Assembly: GCF_001447785.1 (NCBI RefSeq)
Contig: NW_015175487.1
Span: 1-64,000 of the forward strand
Length of the DNA: 64,000 nucleotides
Source of the DNA: Gekko japonicus
Lineage: Eukaryota
Reading direction: 5' to 3'
The notes beneath the pieces are model-generated. The model ran no database searches. It was given only the letters and a program-made list of their open reading frames with translations, and had not been told where the DNA came from. Numbering within the stretch: the stretch's first letter is position 1; each line of letters begins with the position of its first letter. Shown here one piece after another: positions 24,883-37,039 of the stretch. A program made the position numbers and the translations under genes.

Positions 24883-26122
24883 GTAGGTGTGTTGGAGGAG
24901 AAGATGAAGAAGAGTTGGTCTTTATACCACGCTTTACCCTAAGGAGTTCCAAAGCAACTTACAGTCGCCTTCCCTTCCTCTCCCCACAACAAGCACCTTG
25001 TGGAGGTAGGTGGGGCTGAGAGAGTTCTGAGAGAACTGGGACTGTCCCAAGGTCACCCAGCAGGCTTCATGTGGAGGAGGGGTGGGGAATCAAACCCAAT
25101 CCTCCAGATTAGAGTCTGCCACTCATACCACTGTACCACACCGGGAGAGGGGTGAAAACTTCAGGTGGGACAAGAGAACTTGGGGAATTACAACTGAACT
25201 CCATCCACAGACATCAGTTCCCTTGGAATTTCCCAACTCAGAGGTGGCAACCCTAGGGAAACACTCTGGGTATGGCTTCGTGTCCACACTCAGAGCCCTT
25301 CAGACTGCACTTTCTGGGGGCATATTTCAGCAACTAAGCCCATATTTTCTGGAATCCAGATGCCAAGATGATCTTTGCTTTTTCTTTGCTATTTCCCCCG
25401 TTTATCTGGTGAATGGAAGTTTTCACAAAATCTGCTTTTCATTATTGACAAAACACAAGAATAAAATGGCAGTGAAAACCAGCTGTGCTCTCAGGTTAAG
25501 TTCTTTCTATTTCTATCAGAACTTGCTGTTCCAAATGTGGAAACAGCTTCTGGGGTTCCTCTGCGGAACTCAGAGTTTACTTGCTCTTCGTTTTTGAGAG
25601 AGAGAGAAAACATTCNNNNNNNNNNNNNNNNNNNNNNNNNNNNNNNNNNNNNNNNNNNNNATCCCAGGTTTCCCAGACACATCTGCTTACAACAGAAATG
25701 CCGCTCGTGTGGGTCTTCACTCCTAAATTGTTTTCATTCTGTGTTATGGACCCTCTGGTGTCCACTTATGTCCTGGGTTTCTACTTTGTGACTCCAGCTC
25801 GGTCCTGATATTCCTTCTCTTTCTGATCATAAGGTAACTGCCTTATGGAACCCATTGACCACAGGTGTTGCGGCTGTTACTCTACCTTAGCTGGACTGAA
25901 AAGGAAGTGAGAAAAATGCACGGAAGGCCACCGATGCTCCCTCTAAGCTGTGGAGCCTTGTGCGCAAAATTCTACTTTGTGATCTGCTGGCATTAAAGTT
26001 GTGAGCAGGTGATTTGGCGACTGCATAAATTAGTTTGCTCTGGAGCCCTCCTTCCTGAGCGAAGACAAAAATATGTGAGCTTAAAAAACTTTGAGCTAGC
26101 TCACTCTAACTGAGCTTAGAGG

Positions 26123-26397
26123 TGAAGCGTAGTGAGTTAGACGCATGTATAAACCACTGAGACGGATGTAGTGATCAGCATGGTTTACTGGTACACAACA
26201 AAGACAACTACTGGCCGGCTGGCCAACTATATACACACCTGGGGACACACCCCTAGCTCCCATTGGTGGGTTTAAATCTCCCGCCACGGTCCTATTGGTT
26301 CCCAAGTGGAGAAACTAGGAGCCTAGTCCCCATTGTTCCCCCTGAGTCAAGCTCGGGGGTATTCGCTGGCCCCTGGTGGCCGTCAGCGGACATAACA
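26123..26397 (-). mobile_element. Solo LTR inserted in the right TIR of a hAT MITE (25931-26409)
   Basis: TG...CA ends and TSD GAGG. Homologous to 49109-49386. Confidence 0.75.
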
Positions 26398-26422
26398 GAG
26401 GGAACACTGCGCTCCACCAATC

Positions 26423-27593
26423 TGTATCATTGAAAAGTATGCAGACGGAGAGTGATTTCAGCAAAGCGTACTTTATTCAATCAGGAACAAGACGACTTTG
26501 GCCAGCTCGCAGGCCAGCTTATATTCCCTCAGAACCCACCACCCAAAACACCCCCCCACTTCCCGATAGGTTATTTACAGTGGCCGAGAGTCCCATTGGC
26601 TTCTCGGCCAGGAACCTAGCCCTCTGATTGGGGCAGGCTAGGATCCACCTGGTCCATTGTCTCTAGGAGCGAAGCTTGAGGTTTGTCTCTGGACAAGTCT
26701 GGACATGTCCGGACTTGATACACTACAATCATCCATCAGTGGACCTTCTAAGTTCGGAGGCAGCAGATCTCCAAGCACCAATTCACGGGGGGGACGGACG
26801 AGGGGGGACACTTCACGCCTTGTTTGTGGGTTTCCCAGATGTGTCCAGTTACAAACTGGATGACATATTGGGTTCCTGTAGGAACTCAAAATGGCGCCAA
26901 TAAGTGCATGAGGCAGAAATGGTGATGCTGAAGGGAAGCAGGGGCTGGAGGGAGGTGGGAAAGAGGGAAGAGGGGGGAGGGAAAGAGGGGACAAGCAGGG
27001 GAAAGGAAGGGCAGGAGGGGAAACTGGCCACAGGAGGAGGGCCCTTTGAGGGACCAGATTCTCTCTCAAATCCTGGCACATCTCCCTCTTGGATCTCCTG
27101 AAGAGGCAGAGGTAACCCCATCGTAAGCCATCAAGGGGCTTCATCTCCAGATCCGGCACAATCCAGACCTGGGCCTCCCTCAGCAGAGAGACCGTATGGG
27201 ACAAGTGGATTCAGTTGAACAATGGGGGGGGGATACGAAAGAGCCCTAGGGAGCAGCTAGGGGGCATCCCCCAGTCAGGTGTTTCTGGTCTCTGCCCCCC
27301 AACCCCTTACAGCTTCCTCCGATACCCCTCCTGGCTGTCCAGGTTCTCTGTTCCAGAAGGCCCACACCTTGCTGTGGCAGACTTTTTTTTTTACAGATAT
27401 ATATATATATACAGTTACATTCCAGAAGTTAAAGACTAGTATAAAGATTCCAGGTATGGAGATAAAACACTTCCAAAACGCTTCTAAATGAAACGTTTCC
27501 AAATAAAACATTTCCAAAGGTTAGAAGCTAGTATAGAAATAACACTTGCATCTAACCGCCAAACAATTTCTGTGACCTGAGTATCACCTTACA
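26423..27593 (-). mobile_element. Probable long LTR-derived element
   Basis: TGTA...TACA ends, with minus-strand TATA-like and AATAAA signals near 26470-26525. TSD is not clean. Confidence 0.45.
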
Positions 27594-27625
27594 AAACCTG
27601 GCTACTTGATGAGTGATCTTGGGAT

Positions 27626-27831
27626 CAGTGTTCCCTCTAAGCTGAGTCAGTGTGAGCTAGCTCAGAGTTTTTTAGCCTCCGGCTCACACATTTTTGTCTT
27701 AGCTCAGGAAGGAGGGCTCCAGAGCAAACTAATCTATGCAGTAGCCAAATCGGTCGCTCACAACTTTAATGCCAGTGGCTCACGAAGTAGAATTTTTGCC
27801 CACAAGATTCCACAACTTAGAGGGAACATTA
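27626..27831. mobile_element. hAT-type MITE
   Basis: Family TIRs and TSD CTTGGGAT. Confidence 0.85.
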
Positions 27832-28125
27832 CTTGGGATGTTTGTCGATTAGGAGAAATTCAAGTTTGGTTTTTTTCTGGCAGACCTGAATTTTTTCCCA
27901 TCAGAGGGGTGATAATCTCTCTACGTGCCACCTCCTAGTGTGGGCATTTGAAGAACATATGTTCTATAGTCTCTGTCTCCCTAAGTGGGCAGATACAAAG
28001 CCTTTCTGCATAAGGAATGTTCTTATATTTCCCATCAAGTACAGCAGAAGGGAGGGGCAGTGCGTCTAGCTAAGGAAAAGGCTCTTCTGAGGACTTATTG
28101 TTTGTGTTGTTATTGTCACCCACAG

Positions 28126-29511
28126 CCAACCAGGAGTCAGTGGTGGCTGCGCTGGAGGAGGACCAGGAGAAGGAGGAGGAGGTGGGGACCGGCCACAAGG
28201 AAGGTCATCTAACCCAAAGCCATCAACCTGGAAACGAGAACCTTCTGTCCAAGCCGAACCTGGCCACAGATGCGATACCCGTTTCCTTAGCGAACCAAAA
28301 CCTTTCAGCTGACCTTCAACGGTCAATTCTCCACAGCATCAAGCAGATATTTGATGAGGAACTGGAGAGGAGTGCCACTCCCCCAGTTTGCTTGGTTGAA
28401 AGGCAGAATGTCAGCTCTCTCTTCACTCCTTTGCGTCCCGTCAAGCAGTCTCCCTGCACACAAGACCAGCCCGTTTTGGAAATGCTTCTTAGGAAAAACA
28501 CAAGTTATGAAAGAAATCTCCAGATCCGCACCCATCACACCAGAAGAACCATCATCAATGAAATCTACCAAATTATCATTGCAGAGGTGGAGAATTTTCC
28601 ACATTCTTTCTTCCTTCAAGGAACATTCCCAACTTCTGGAATTGAGGAATTCCGAATGCTAGAGCGAGCTGCCACGAATGTCCAGGAACACCTGCCCCAA
28701 CCAGCGATCAAGAGAAGTAACGTGCTGCGGGTGTCAGAAGGTTGGATTCAGGTTGTGCTTGAAGATTTGAGTATTGCTCTCGCAGGTGCTGAGAGAACCC
28801 ATGGGGCATTTTCCCACCTAGTCCACTCTGGCTTTGGTGTCGTTGAAAAGATAGTGCAGATTCTTGGCCATACTGGTGGAATTCTGACCGAGGCACAGTT
28901 TAGGGACCATGTCGTAGATCTAGGCATGGGCAAATGCCAAATCCACAGCCAGACTAAAACTCCAGACGATTTGGCTGCTAGACAGCTTTCAAGCTTGGAA
29001 GACTCTTCCCCTGAAGGGATCACCAAATACCTCGTCAACAATGTTTCCATCAGGCTGATGGCGTTCACCAAAAATAAATTGGACTCTGTTTGGACACTTC
29101 TTGGACGCCATCTTCCAGTTCCTGACATCCATCCTGCCGAAACTAACATCAGGTGGTGCTCTGAAAAACTAATACATACCATCCTGGAACTTGTTCAACG
29201 AGACCTAGAACTGGAGGTGACCTCTGCCCCAAATATTCTTCCTTGTGAAGAGTACACAAATATTAAGGAAACTGTAAAGGGTCTCTGCCAGATCTTGACT
29301 TGCCAAATAGCTAGAACAAAAACAGATATCCAGAAAAGAGCAGTAGAGAAGATCTTTCGGAGGCATCTTTTGGAGCAGAATGGAACTTTGCCATTGATGG
29401 CAAGCACGGAAGAGATCTTAAACCAGGTCACCTTGCATTCTTGGCCATCCATTGTAGAGAATCTTTGCTGTCCTCCAAAGGACACAGTGTCAAGCCTTCC
29501 AGCTAACAGAG
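28126..29511 (+). CDS. Large 1386-nt coding exon (about 462 aa, helical) of the uncharacterised gene
   Basis: Lies within the 491-codon ORF 28098-29573. Bounded by cccacag| and AGAG|gtgagt, phase 1 to 1. Non-repetitive, with no TE motifs that I can recognise. Confidence 0.8.
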
Positions 29512-30490
29512 GTGAGTCTGAGGAGCATGTGCTGCCCCAACCCAGGCTGACTCTGCAGCCAAATTCCAGCTAAAGATCACTCAGTTTGGCATAAATGTCA
29601 AATACCTCCTGAAGTGTGAGATGTGGGGTCCAAATGTGCAGGTGGTGACCAGAGATTGGTCTTCTTCTGCAGTGTTGTGTGTGTTGTGGAATATCCTCTG
29701 CAGTTAAATCAGCTGTGTGCTGCCTCTGAGGTTGTGATCAGAGGGGCAGTTCAATCCGCTGTTGCCCCGCCTTGAATTAAGCCAGGTTATATTGTGGCAG
29801 AGAATCCTGACCAGACTTACCCCTTTTAGCACACTTCAATGTGCTTTTACCCCTCCTTGCATGACCAGACGGCAGGAGTCAGCCTGTCGGCCATTTTTTC
29901 AAAAGTGTGTCCTTTGAGCATGCCCAAAAGCACTGATGAGCATGCTGGGATATGGAGTTCATGGGGCTGTCGGCCATTTTATTTTTAAAGTTAGTCCACA
30001 GAGCAAGCGCACAAGCGGTGAAGAACGGCTGGGATATGCTCACTGCCGTCCTCCCTCTAATCTTTTCAATTTACCCCTTCTCCAAACAATATTAAAAAGC
30101 TGCAGAACAGGGGTGTCTGTCTTTGAGAATTTTTCAAAAGAAAATAAGGTTTTGAGCAGCCCCCGGGGGTGGGGAGAGGTGCGTATATACAGTCATGCGA
30201 TCCTTGCTAACTGGGGGGGGTGGCTGGGAAACAAGAGATCAGTGATACCTGCCTGACTTGGGTGCGCAACAGAGTGACCAGACGACAGGAAATCCATTTT
30301 GGAAGCGGCTCAGACCAACAGGACCGGACTTCCTCAGGTATCACTGAAACACGGGGCAAGGGGAGGGAGGAATGGAACTCAGATGACTGGGGCGCAACGG
30401 ACAGATGGTGCTGTCTGATTGTGTGCTTTAAATCCATAAGGGAACAGCAACGGATCAAATTGGCTGTCTGATCAAGACCTGAGGCTCCGA

Positions 30491-30986
30491 TACTTTTTCT
30501 TGTTTCCAAGCTTGAGCATAAGTCATTCTAGCCAGTACCAATGGTTTGGGAATGGATTAAGAAGTTACTTTTTACAGTAGAGATGGACAAACTCACAAGG
30601 AAACTGAACAATAAACATTCTGAAGAATTCTTTGCAGATTGGTTAGATTTTAAAGAATATTTAGAGAAGGATTGGGACGTGAAGAATAATTTGTTTTCTT
30701 TAGAGAATTATTAAGGATAGAGTATATAAACTCCGAGATAAAGAAAAGTTTAAAAATTCATATATTGAACTATAGGTTACCGGTATATAAATGTGTGCTT
30801 TGTTTGTTTTTGTTAGAGATAAGAAGATCAAGAAGAAATGATAAAGGGAGGGGGTGGGAGCACTGCGGGAAGCCCGAGGAAGAAGGGGAGAGGGGAAGGG
30901 AAAAGGGATATGTATTAATTTTAATATTATGATGTTGAACGTGTTGTAATATCCCTCTAATAAAAAATGTTTAAAAAAAAAAAAAA
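30491..30986 (+). mobile_element. 5'-truncated L1 with 5' inversion, poly(A) and TSD
   Basis: TSD AAGACCTGAGGCTCCG, AATAAA plus A-tail, and an ORF2 C-terminal peptide. Confidence 0.85.
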
Positions 30987-31771
30987 AGACCTGAGGCTCC
31001 GGGTGGGGCCATTCCTGCTTCTACTGTTTTTAATCATGCAGGATTCTTTTATGGTTTTCTTCTGTTTCTCCTGACAGGTTTCTTTTGCATTTCTCATTTT
31101 GATTTCCATACACTGACATAACTTTATGGATTTGTGATGACTTTTGTGGGCCCTTTAACTCCTGCCCTTTGACTCACACCACTGCCAAGGAGGAGCCTTA
31201 CAGTTCAGAGGCCCACAGTTCCCGCCTCCCAGTAGGAGCAGCAGAGGGTGGGGCCTGCAATCAGACCGAACCCCCCCCAGCAAACAGACCTTGCTCAATG
31301 AGCACCTGACCAGACAAAAGGCCCAAAGACAAAAACACCACTCTCCAGCAAGCGATAAGCCCCCACTTGCCCTCAAACTCTGTCCTCTCACAAAGCAACC
31401 TCAAGTAATGTTCCCCAGTGGTTTAGCGGTTTAGGAAAGGCAAAAAAGCCACAACCCCTCATCTCCTGGGTTCTTTCTCCCAGCCCAGCTGGGTCAGTTC
31501 TGCTTAGGAGGAGCCTTAAAGTTCAGAGGCCCACAGCCTCCACCACCCAGAAATAAGCCCTGGGCAAACAGACCTGGATTTCATGGATTTGTGAGCCGTC
31601 TTGTTGACTGTGTGAGCAGAAGAAAAAAAGAGAGTTGTGCCCAGCAGGGCTCCTTCCTGGGTTGCCGTCACTTGGCTCCAAGGTCATGTGCTGCAAAAGT
31701 GCCGTGGCATAAGGAGGGGGGGGGTGTCTTGGGCAGCAAATCTGACATGGGCATGCCCTGTGCAATTTCAG

Positions 31772-34700
31772 GGACGGAGGAGAACAAGGACAATGGCCGA
31801 TGGGAGGACACTGCCCAGGGTACTGACTCAAAGGACCAAGGGTTAAGTGAGCAAAGCCACTGCGATTCCAAGGCTCCAAAGGTTGGCTCAGCTGAAGACA
31901 AAGGAGGTGCAGCAACCCCCTCGGTGAGCAGGCAAGTTAGTCAAGGGAGAATGCTGTTTGAAAGGATTGCTGAGGTGGGGAAAGGGCCTTATACTGGCGT
32001 GGGGAAAGATCCTGATCAGCCTCAGACTCTGGAGAACAACCGCCAGTCAGATCAGGTCTGATGGAGCTCAATGAACCAATGGCCCGGCCGAATAGAAAGC
32101 AGTTTCATTTGGCTACAGCAGGAGTCTCCAATACCATGCCTGTGGGTACCTTCCTTGGTACCTGCCAAGTGCTTTAGAAAATGGGCACGATAAACCTCAA
32201 TGGAGTGGACATCTGTTCCAGGCCCCTTTGCTTATTAAAATGAGATACCTCCTGGAGCATGAGAAGTTGCAGCTAAGAGATGGCCTTTCTTCCTCAGGTT
32301 CTGAAACAAATTGCTCCAGGCACCTCCTCTGCCCTCAACAGCAGCCAAATCGAGGCAACTTCACACACCGACCCACAACCTCCAGTGAAGACAGAGGGTG
32401 GTAATCTATTCTTCTTTCAAATATTGTTCCCCCCCCCTCGCTTCAGAAGCGCCATGCCATGAGGAGAGGGGGGTCTTGGGTAGCAAATCTGACATGGGCA
32501 TGCCCTGTGCAATTTCAGGGACGGAGGAGAACAAGGAAGATGGCCGACACGAGGACACTGCCCGGGATCGTGACCCAGAGGACCAAGGGGTAAACGAGCA
32601 AAGCCACTGCGACTCTAAGGCGTCAAAAGCTGACTCAGCTGAAGACGAAGAAGGTTCAGCAACCCCCTCGGTGAGTAGACAAGTGAGTCAAGGGAGGGAC
32701 TCCTCTTCCTGGATGTCCCTGCTCCTCAGGGGAGAGGAGAGGGTGGATTGAGACAAGACCTCTCCTGCCATTATTCGCAACCCCCGGAATGTCCTAGCAA
32801 GGGCGGTGGGTGTCCGACGGAAGGGCCAAGGGCAGGTGATGGCGGAGATGCTTCCCCGTCCTCCTCACTATCCACTGACGGCAGCCTCTATTGCATCCAG
32901 GGAAGGCTCTTTTGGGCTGGGAGGGAGGTGGGAGGTGGCGCCCAGCCCTGGCCAGGCAAAGGAGAGCTCCTGGAGAAGTGCCCCCAGGAATCCTGTTGCC
33001 CACGGGCTCCTCATTGGGGGATGCTGAATGAAAGGATTCCTGGGGCAGGGGAAAGCCCTGATCAGCCTCAGGCTCCGGAGAACAACAGCCAGTGCGGTGG
33101 AGCTCCATGAACCAAGGGCCTGGCTGAACAGAGCTACAGCAGGGGTCTCCAATATCGTGCCCATGGCCACCTTTCCTGGTCCTCACCAAGTGCCTTAGAA
33201 AACCACACTTTTAGCGGTTGGCTCTGCTGCCCCTTATGGCAGGTAGTCTGCAAGTCTTTTGCAAGCGGGAGGTCTGAAATCCAGCCCCCGGCCTCTCATA
33301 TAACTACAGTTAAAACTTAACATTTAGGGGCTGTGTGCTTCCACTCCCCTTCCTTTGGGTGTGTGTGTGAGAGAGAGTATTTTCTCTGTGTGTGCATGCT
33401 TATGGGCCTGGAAGTCATGGTGACTTCTGGTGACCCCCCAGGCAATATCAAGCCGCTTCCCTTCCTAACAGCACAAGTGACCAAACCCTCCTGCCTCTCT
33501 ATAGTTTTCTGCCTGACAACACACCCCTGTCCCCCAAGCATAGGTTCTTTATGAAGACGGGGGCCACAAGAGCCAGAATCTCCCTTCCAGTTTGGAGGAG
33601 AACGCTACACAGAGAGTGATTAAGCTGTGGAATTCACCACCAGAGAATGGCCACAGGAATAAGCAGCTGTAAAAGGAGATTAGATGGAGGATAAAGTCTA
33701 TCAATGGCTACTAGCCATTGTGGCTCAGGGGAACCTCCATGTTCAGAGGCACTCTGAATCCCAGAGACAGGGGGCAACATCAGGGGAATGCCTCGGCCTC
33801 TATGTCCTGTTGTTGGCTCTCCAGTGGAACTGGTTGACCACTGAGTGAGACAAGGTGGTAGACTAGATGGACCCTCACTGGTCTGATCCAGCAGAGTTCT
33901 GATGTTCTCAACACCATGGATGGGGGAAACTTCAGTCCTGGGCTCAAGAAGTTGGCTACCTCTGTTTCTGCTTATCAAAATGAAATACCTCCTGAAGCAT
34001 GAGAAGTTGCAGCTAAGAGATGGCCTTTCTTCCTCAGGTTCTGAAACAAATTGCTCCAGGCACCTCCTCTGCCCTCAACAGCAGCCAGATTGAGGCAACT
34101 TCACACACCGACCCACAACCTCCAGTGAAGACAGAGGGTGGTAATCTATTCTTCTTTCAAATATTGTTCCCCCCTCGCTGCAGAAGTGCTGTGGCCTGAG
34201 GGGGGTCTTGGGCAGCAAATTTGACATGGGCATGCCCTGTGCAATTTCAGGGACTGAGGAGAACAAGGAAGATGGCCGACAAGAAAATACTACCCGGAAT
34301 AGGGACTCAGAGGACCAAGGGGTAAACGAGCAAAGCCACTGCGACTCCGAGGCTCCAAAAGCTGACTCAGCTGAAGACGAAGAAGGTTCAGCAACCCCCT
34401 CGGTGAGTAGACAAGTTATTCAAGGGAGGGACTCTTCTCGCTGGATGTCTCTCCAGAAGAACTGGTTGGTCACTGTGTGAGACACGGGGATAGACTAGGT
34501 GGAACACTGGTCTGATCCTGCAGGGCTCTTCTGATGTTCTTAACATCATGGATGGGGAACTCTGGTCTCCGAAGAGCAAGGCTGTGGGAAACTTCAGTCC
34601 TGGGCTCAAGAAGTTGGCTACCACTCTTTCTGCTGAAGCTTGGAATTGACAGACCGTACCATCTACAATCCATTGCATTTCCATGCTTTCCTGGTTATCC

Positions 34701-35902
34701 TTCAGTCTCAGGACCTGATGCCTGCTGATTTTAAACATGAAACACCTATAGAAATGATAATTGGGCACAGCCTTTGTGGAAAAGGCTTCTTTGTGGAAAA
34801 GGCTTCTTAAATCTCAATGAATGGAAGCCTGTTCCGGCCCCCTTTGCTTATCAAAATGAAATATTTCCTGTCCTGGAGCATGAGAAGCTACATCTAAGAG
34901 ATGGCCTTTCTTCCTCAGGTTCTGAAACAAATTGCTCCAGGCACCTCCTCTGCCCTCAACAGCAGCCAGATTGAGGCAACTTCACACACCGACCCACAAC
35001 CTCCAGTGAAGACAGAGGGTGGTAATCTATTCTTCTTTCAAATATTGTTCCCCCCTCGCTGCAGAAGTGCTGTGGCCTGAGGGGGGTCTTGGGCAGCAAA
35101 TTTGACATGGGCATGCCCTGTGCAATTTCAGGGACTGAGGAGAACAAGGAAGATGGCCGACAAGAAAATACTACCCGGAATAGGGACTCAGAGGACCAAG
35201 GGGTAAACGAGCAAAGCCACTGCGACTCCGAGGCTCCAAAAGCTGACTCAGCTGAAGACGAAGAAGGTTCAGCAACCCCCTCGGTGAGTAGACAAGTTAT
35301 TCAAGGGAGGGACTCTTCTCGCTGGATGTCTCTCCAGAAGAACTGGTTGGTCACTGTGTGAGACACGGGGATAGACTAGGTGGAACACTGGTCTGATCCT
35401 GCAGGGCTCTTCTGATGTTCTTAACATCATGGATGGGGAACTCTGGTCTCCGAAGAGCAAGGCTGTGGGAAACTTCAGTCCTGGGCTCAAGAAGTTGGCT
35501 ACCACTCTTTCTGCTGAAGCTTGGAATTGACAGACCGTACCATCTACAATCCATTGCATTTCCATGCTTTCCTGGTTATCCTTCAGTCTCAGGACCTGAT
35601 GCCTGCTGATTTTAAACATGAAACACCTATAGAAATGATAATTGGGCACAGCCTTTGTGGAAAAGGCTTCTTTGTGGAAAAGGCTTCTTAAATCTCAATG
35701 AATGGAAGCCTGTTCCGGCCCCCTTTGCTTATCAAAATGAAATATTTCCTGTCCTGGAGCATGAGAAGCTACATCTAAGAGATGGCCTTTCTTTCTCAGG
35801 TTCTGAAACAAATTGCTCCATGCACCTCCTCTGCCCTCAAAAGCAGCCAGATCGAGACGTCTTCACACACCGACCCACAACCTCCAGTGAAGACAGAGAG
35901 TG
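31772..35902 (+). CDS. Four tandem two-exon modules. Exon B (152 nt): 31772-31923, 32519-32670, 34251-34402, 35132-35283. Exon A (103 nt): 32298-32400, 34038-34140, 34919-35021, 35800-35902. Each module encodes 85 aa.
   Basis: All B copies are tttcag|GG...TCG|gtgag (phase 1 to 0). All A copies are ctcag|GTT...TG|gtaatc (phase 0 to 1). No stops or indels in the spliced frame. Confidence 0.7.
34012..35793 (+). repeat. Apparently identical 881-bp tandem duplication
   Basis: The ORF track gives identical translations offset by 881 (34208/35089, 34388/35269, 34534/35415). Confidence 0.9.
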
Positions 35903-36962
35903 GTAATCTATTCTTCTTTCAAATATTGTTCCCCCCCTCGCTCCAAGGAATGAGCCAGTTTCACTATAGAGTTTTTGCCCAAATACCAGAGCGTCGACCA
36001 GATGTCGGTGGTATGATGTCATCACTTCCCATGCGACACTGGCAACAAGGCCTAGGCCTTTCTCTTTCTCCTCATAAATTCCCCTCATCCCCCGCTGGTT
36101 CCCAGCAGGGACCTGGCAACCCTAGCCTGCTGCCTCCTGCCTGCCATCAGCTGGTGCCTTTCATCCCACTGCCCCTGGCCCACTAGTTCCCTGCTCCTAC
36201 TCTTGAGGAAGCCCTTCCACTCAAGGAGGCCTTTTCCCCCCCAGAGTCCTTTGCTCCACAGGGAGCCAGTACAGATGGGTAGGGTTGCCAGGTTCCTCGG
36301 AACGGCTGGCGGGGGATGAGAGGCAGACTTACTGGGAGCTGGGAGGAACACTGGGAATTAACACAACATACCTACGTGACCCGGAAGTGACATAAGCATG
36401 TCCAGAACATGGGGGGGGGGATGCTCTGGTTTGGGGGCAGAACTCTATGGTAGAATTAGCCTCTACCATAGAGTTTTGCCCAAAAACCAGAGTGTTGCCT
36501 CCTGATATCCCTGACATGCCTACGTCACTTCAGAGTCACATAGGCACGTCGTATTAATTTCTCGTGTTCCTTCCTTTTTTGTGTATGTGGGGGTAATCCT
36601 CCTCTTCTGGCCGGTTGGCCAGTGGCAGAGATGTGGGGGCTGGCAGCAGGAAAACCCCACCCCCACGGGGGGAGGGGGTCTGGCATCTCTACTGGTGGGC
36701 CTGCCTTCTGGCTGCTCCTCTCCTGCTGTGGCCGCCCCGCCTGGCTCTCTTCTCAGCTCTGCCCTCCTTAGAGCTGCACCCCCGCTCCACCCCTTCTCCC
36801 TCAGGTGTCGGGTACCATGGCACTGTGACACAACCTCAGACTGGGGGCCTGGTCCAGGCTTCCCTCTCCCACAACCCAAGAGATGCTGCCGGGAGACTGA
36901 AGGGGCAAAGGGGGCCGCTTCCATACTCCGGAGTCAGCACCATTCCTTTCTTGTTCCTGCAG

Positions 36963-37039
36963 AGCCCAAGAAGCCGAAGAAGAAGAGGTCCGTCTTCAGG
37001 AGGCTCTTCTGGTGCGGCAGCAAAAGGCAGAGGCCCTGA
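36963..37039 (+). CDS. Terminal coding exon (EPKKPKKKRSVFRRLFWCGSKRQRP*) of the uncharacterised gene
   Basis: Strong acceptor cattcctttcttgttcctgcag, phase 1, TGA at 37037-37039. AATAAA at about 37770 follows an AT-rich tract. Confidence 0.6.

Noticed and set aside
25798-25833. Possible 36-nt exon (LGPDIPSLSDHK); other exon-like pieces at about 30280-30337 and 31204-31403
   Set aside because: Phases do not fit between the modelled neighbouring exons, or acceptors are weak. Left out of the model pending RNA data.
28098-29573. 491-aa ORF as a stand-alone single-exon gene or TE protein
   Set aside because: It starts at TTG inside a pyrimidine-rich acceptor region and runs past a consensus donor. 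I see no RT, gag, env or transposase motifs. It is better explained as an internal exon.
31700-36000. CRISPR-like or other prokaryotic repeat system
   Set aside because: The DNA is vertebrate, and the units are kb-scale exon-intron duplications with no repeat-spacer structure.
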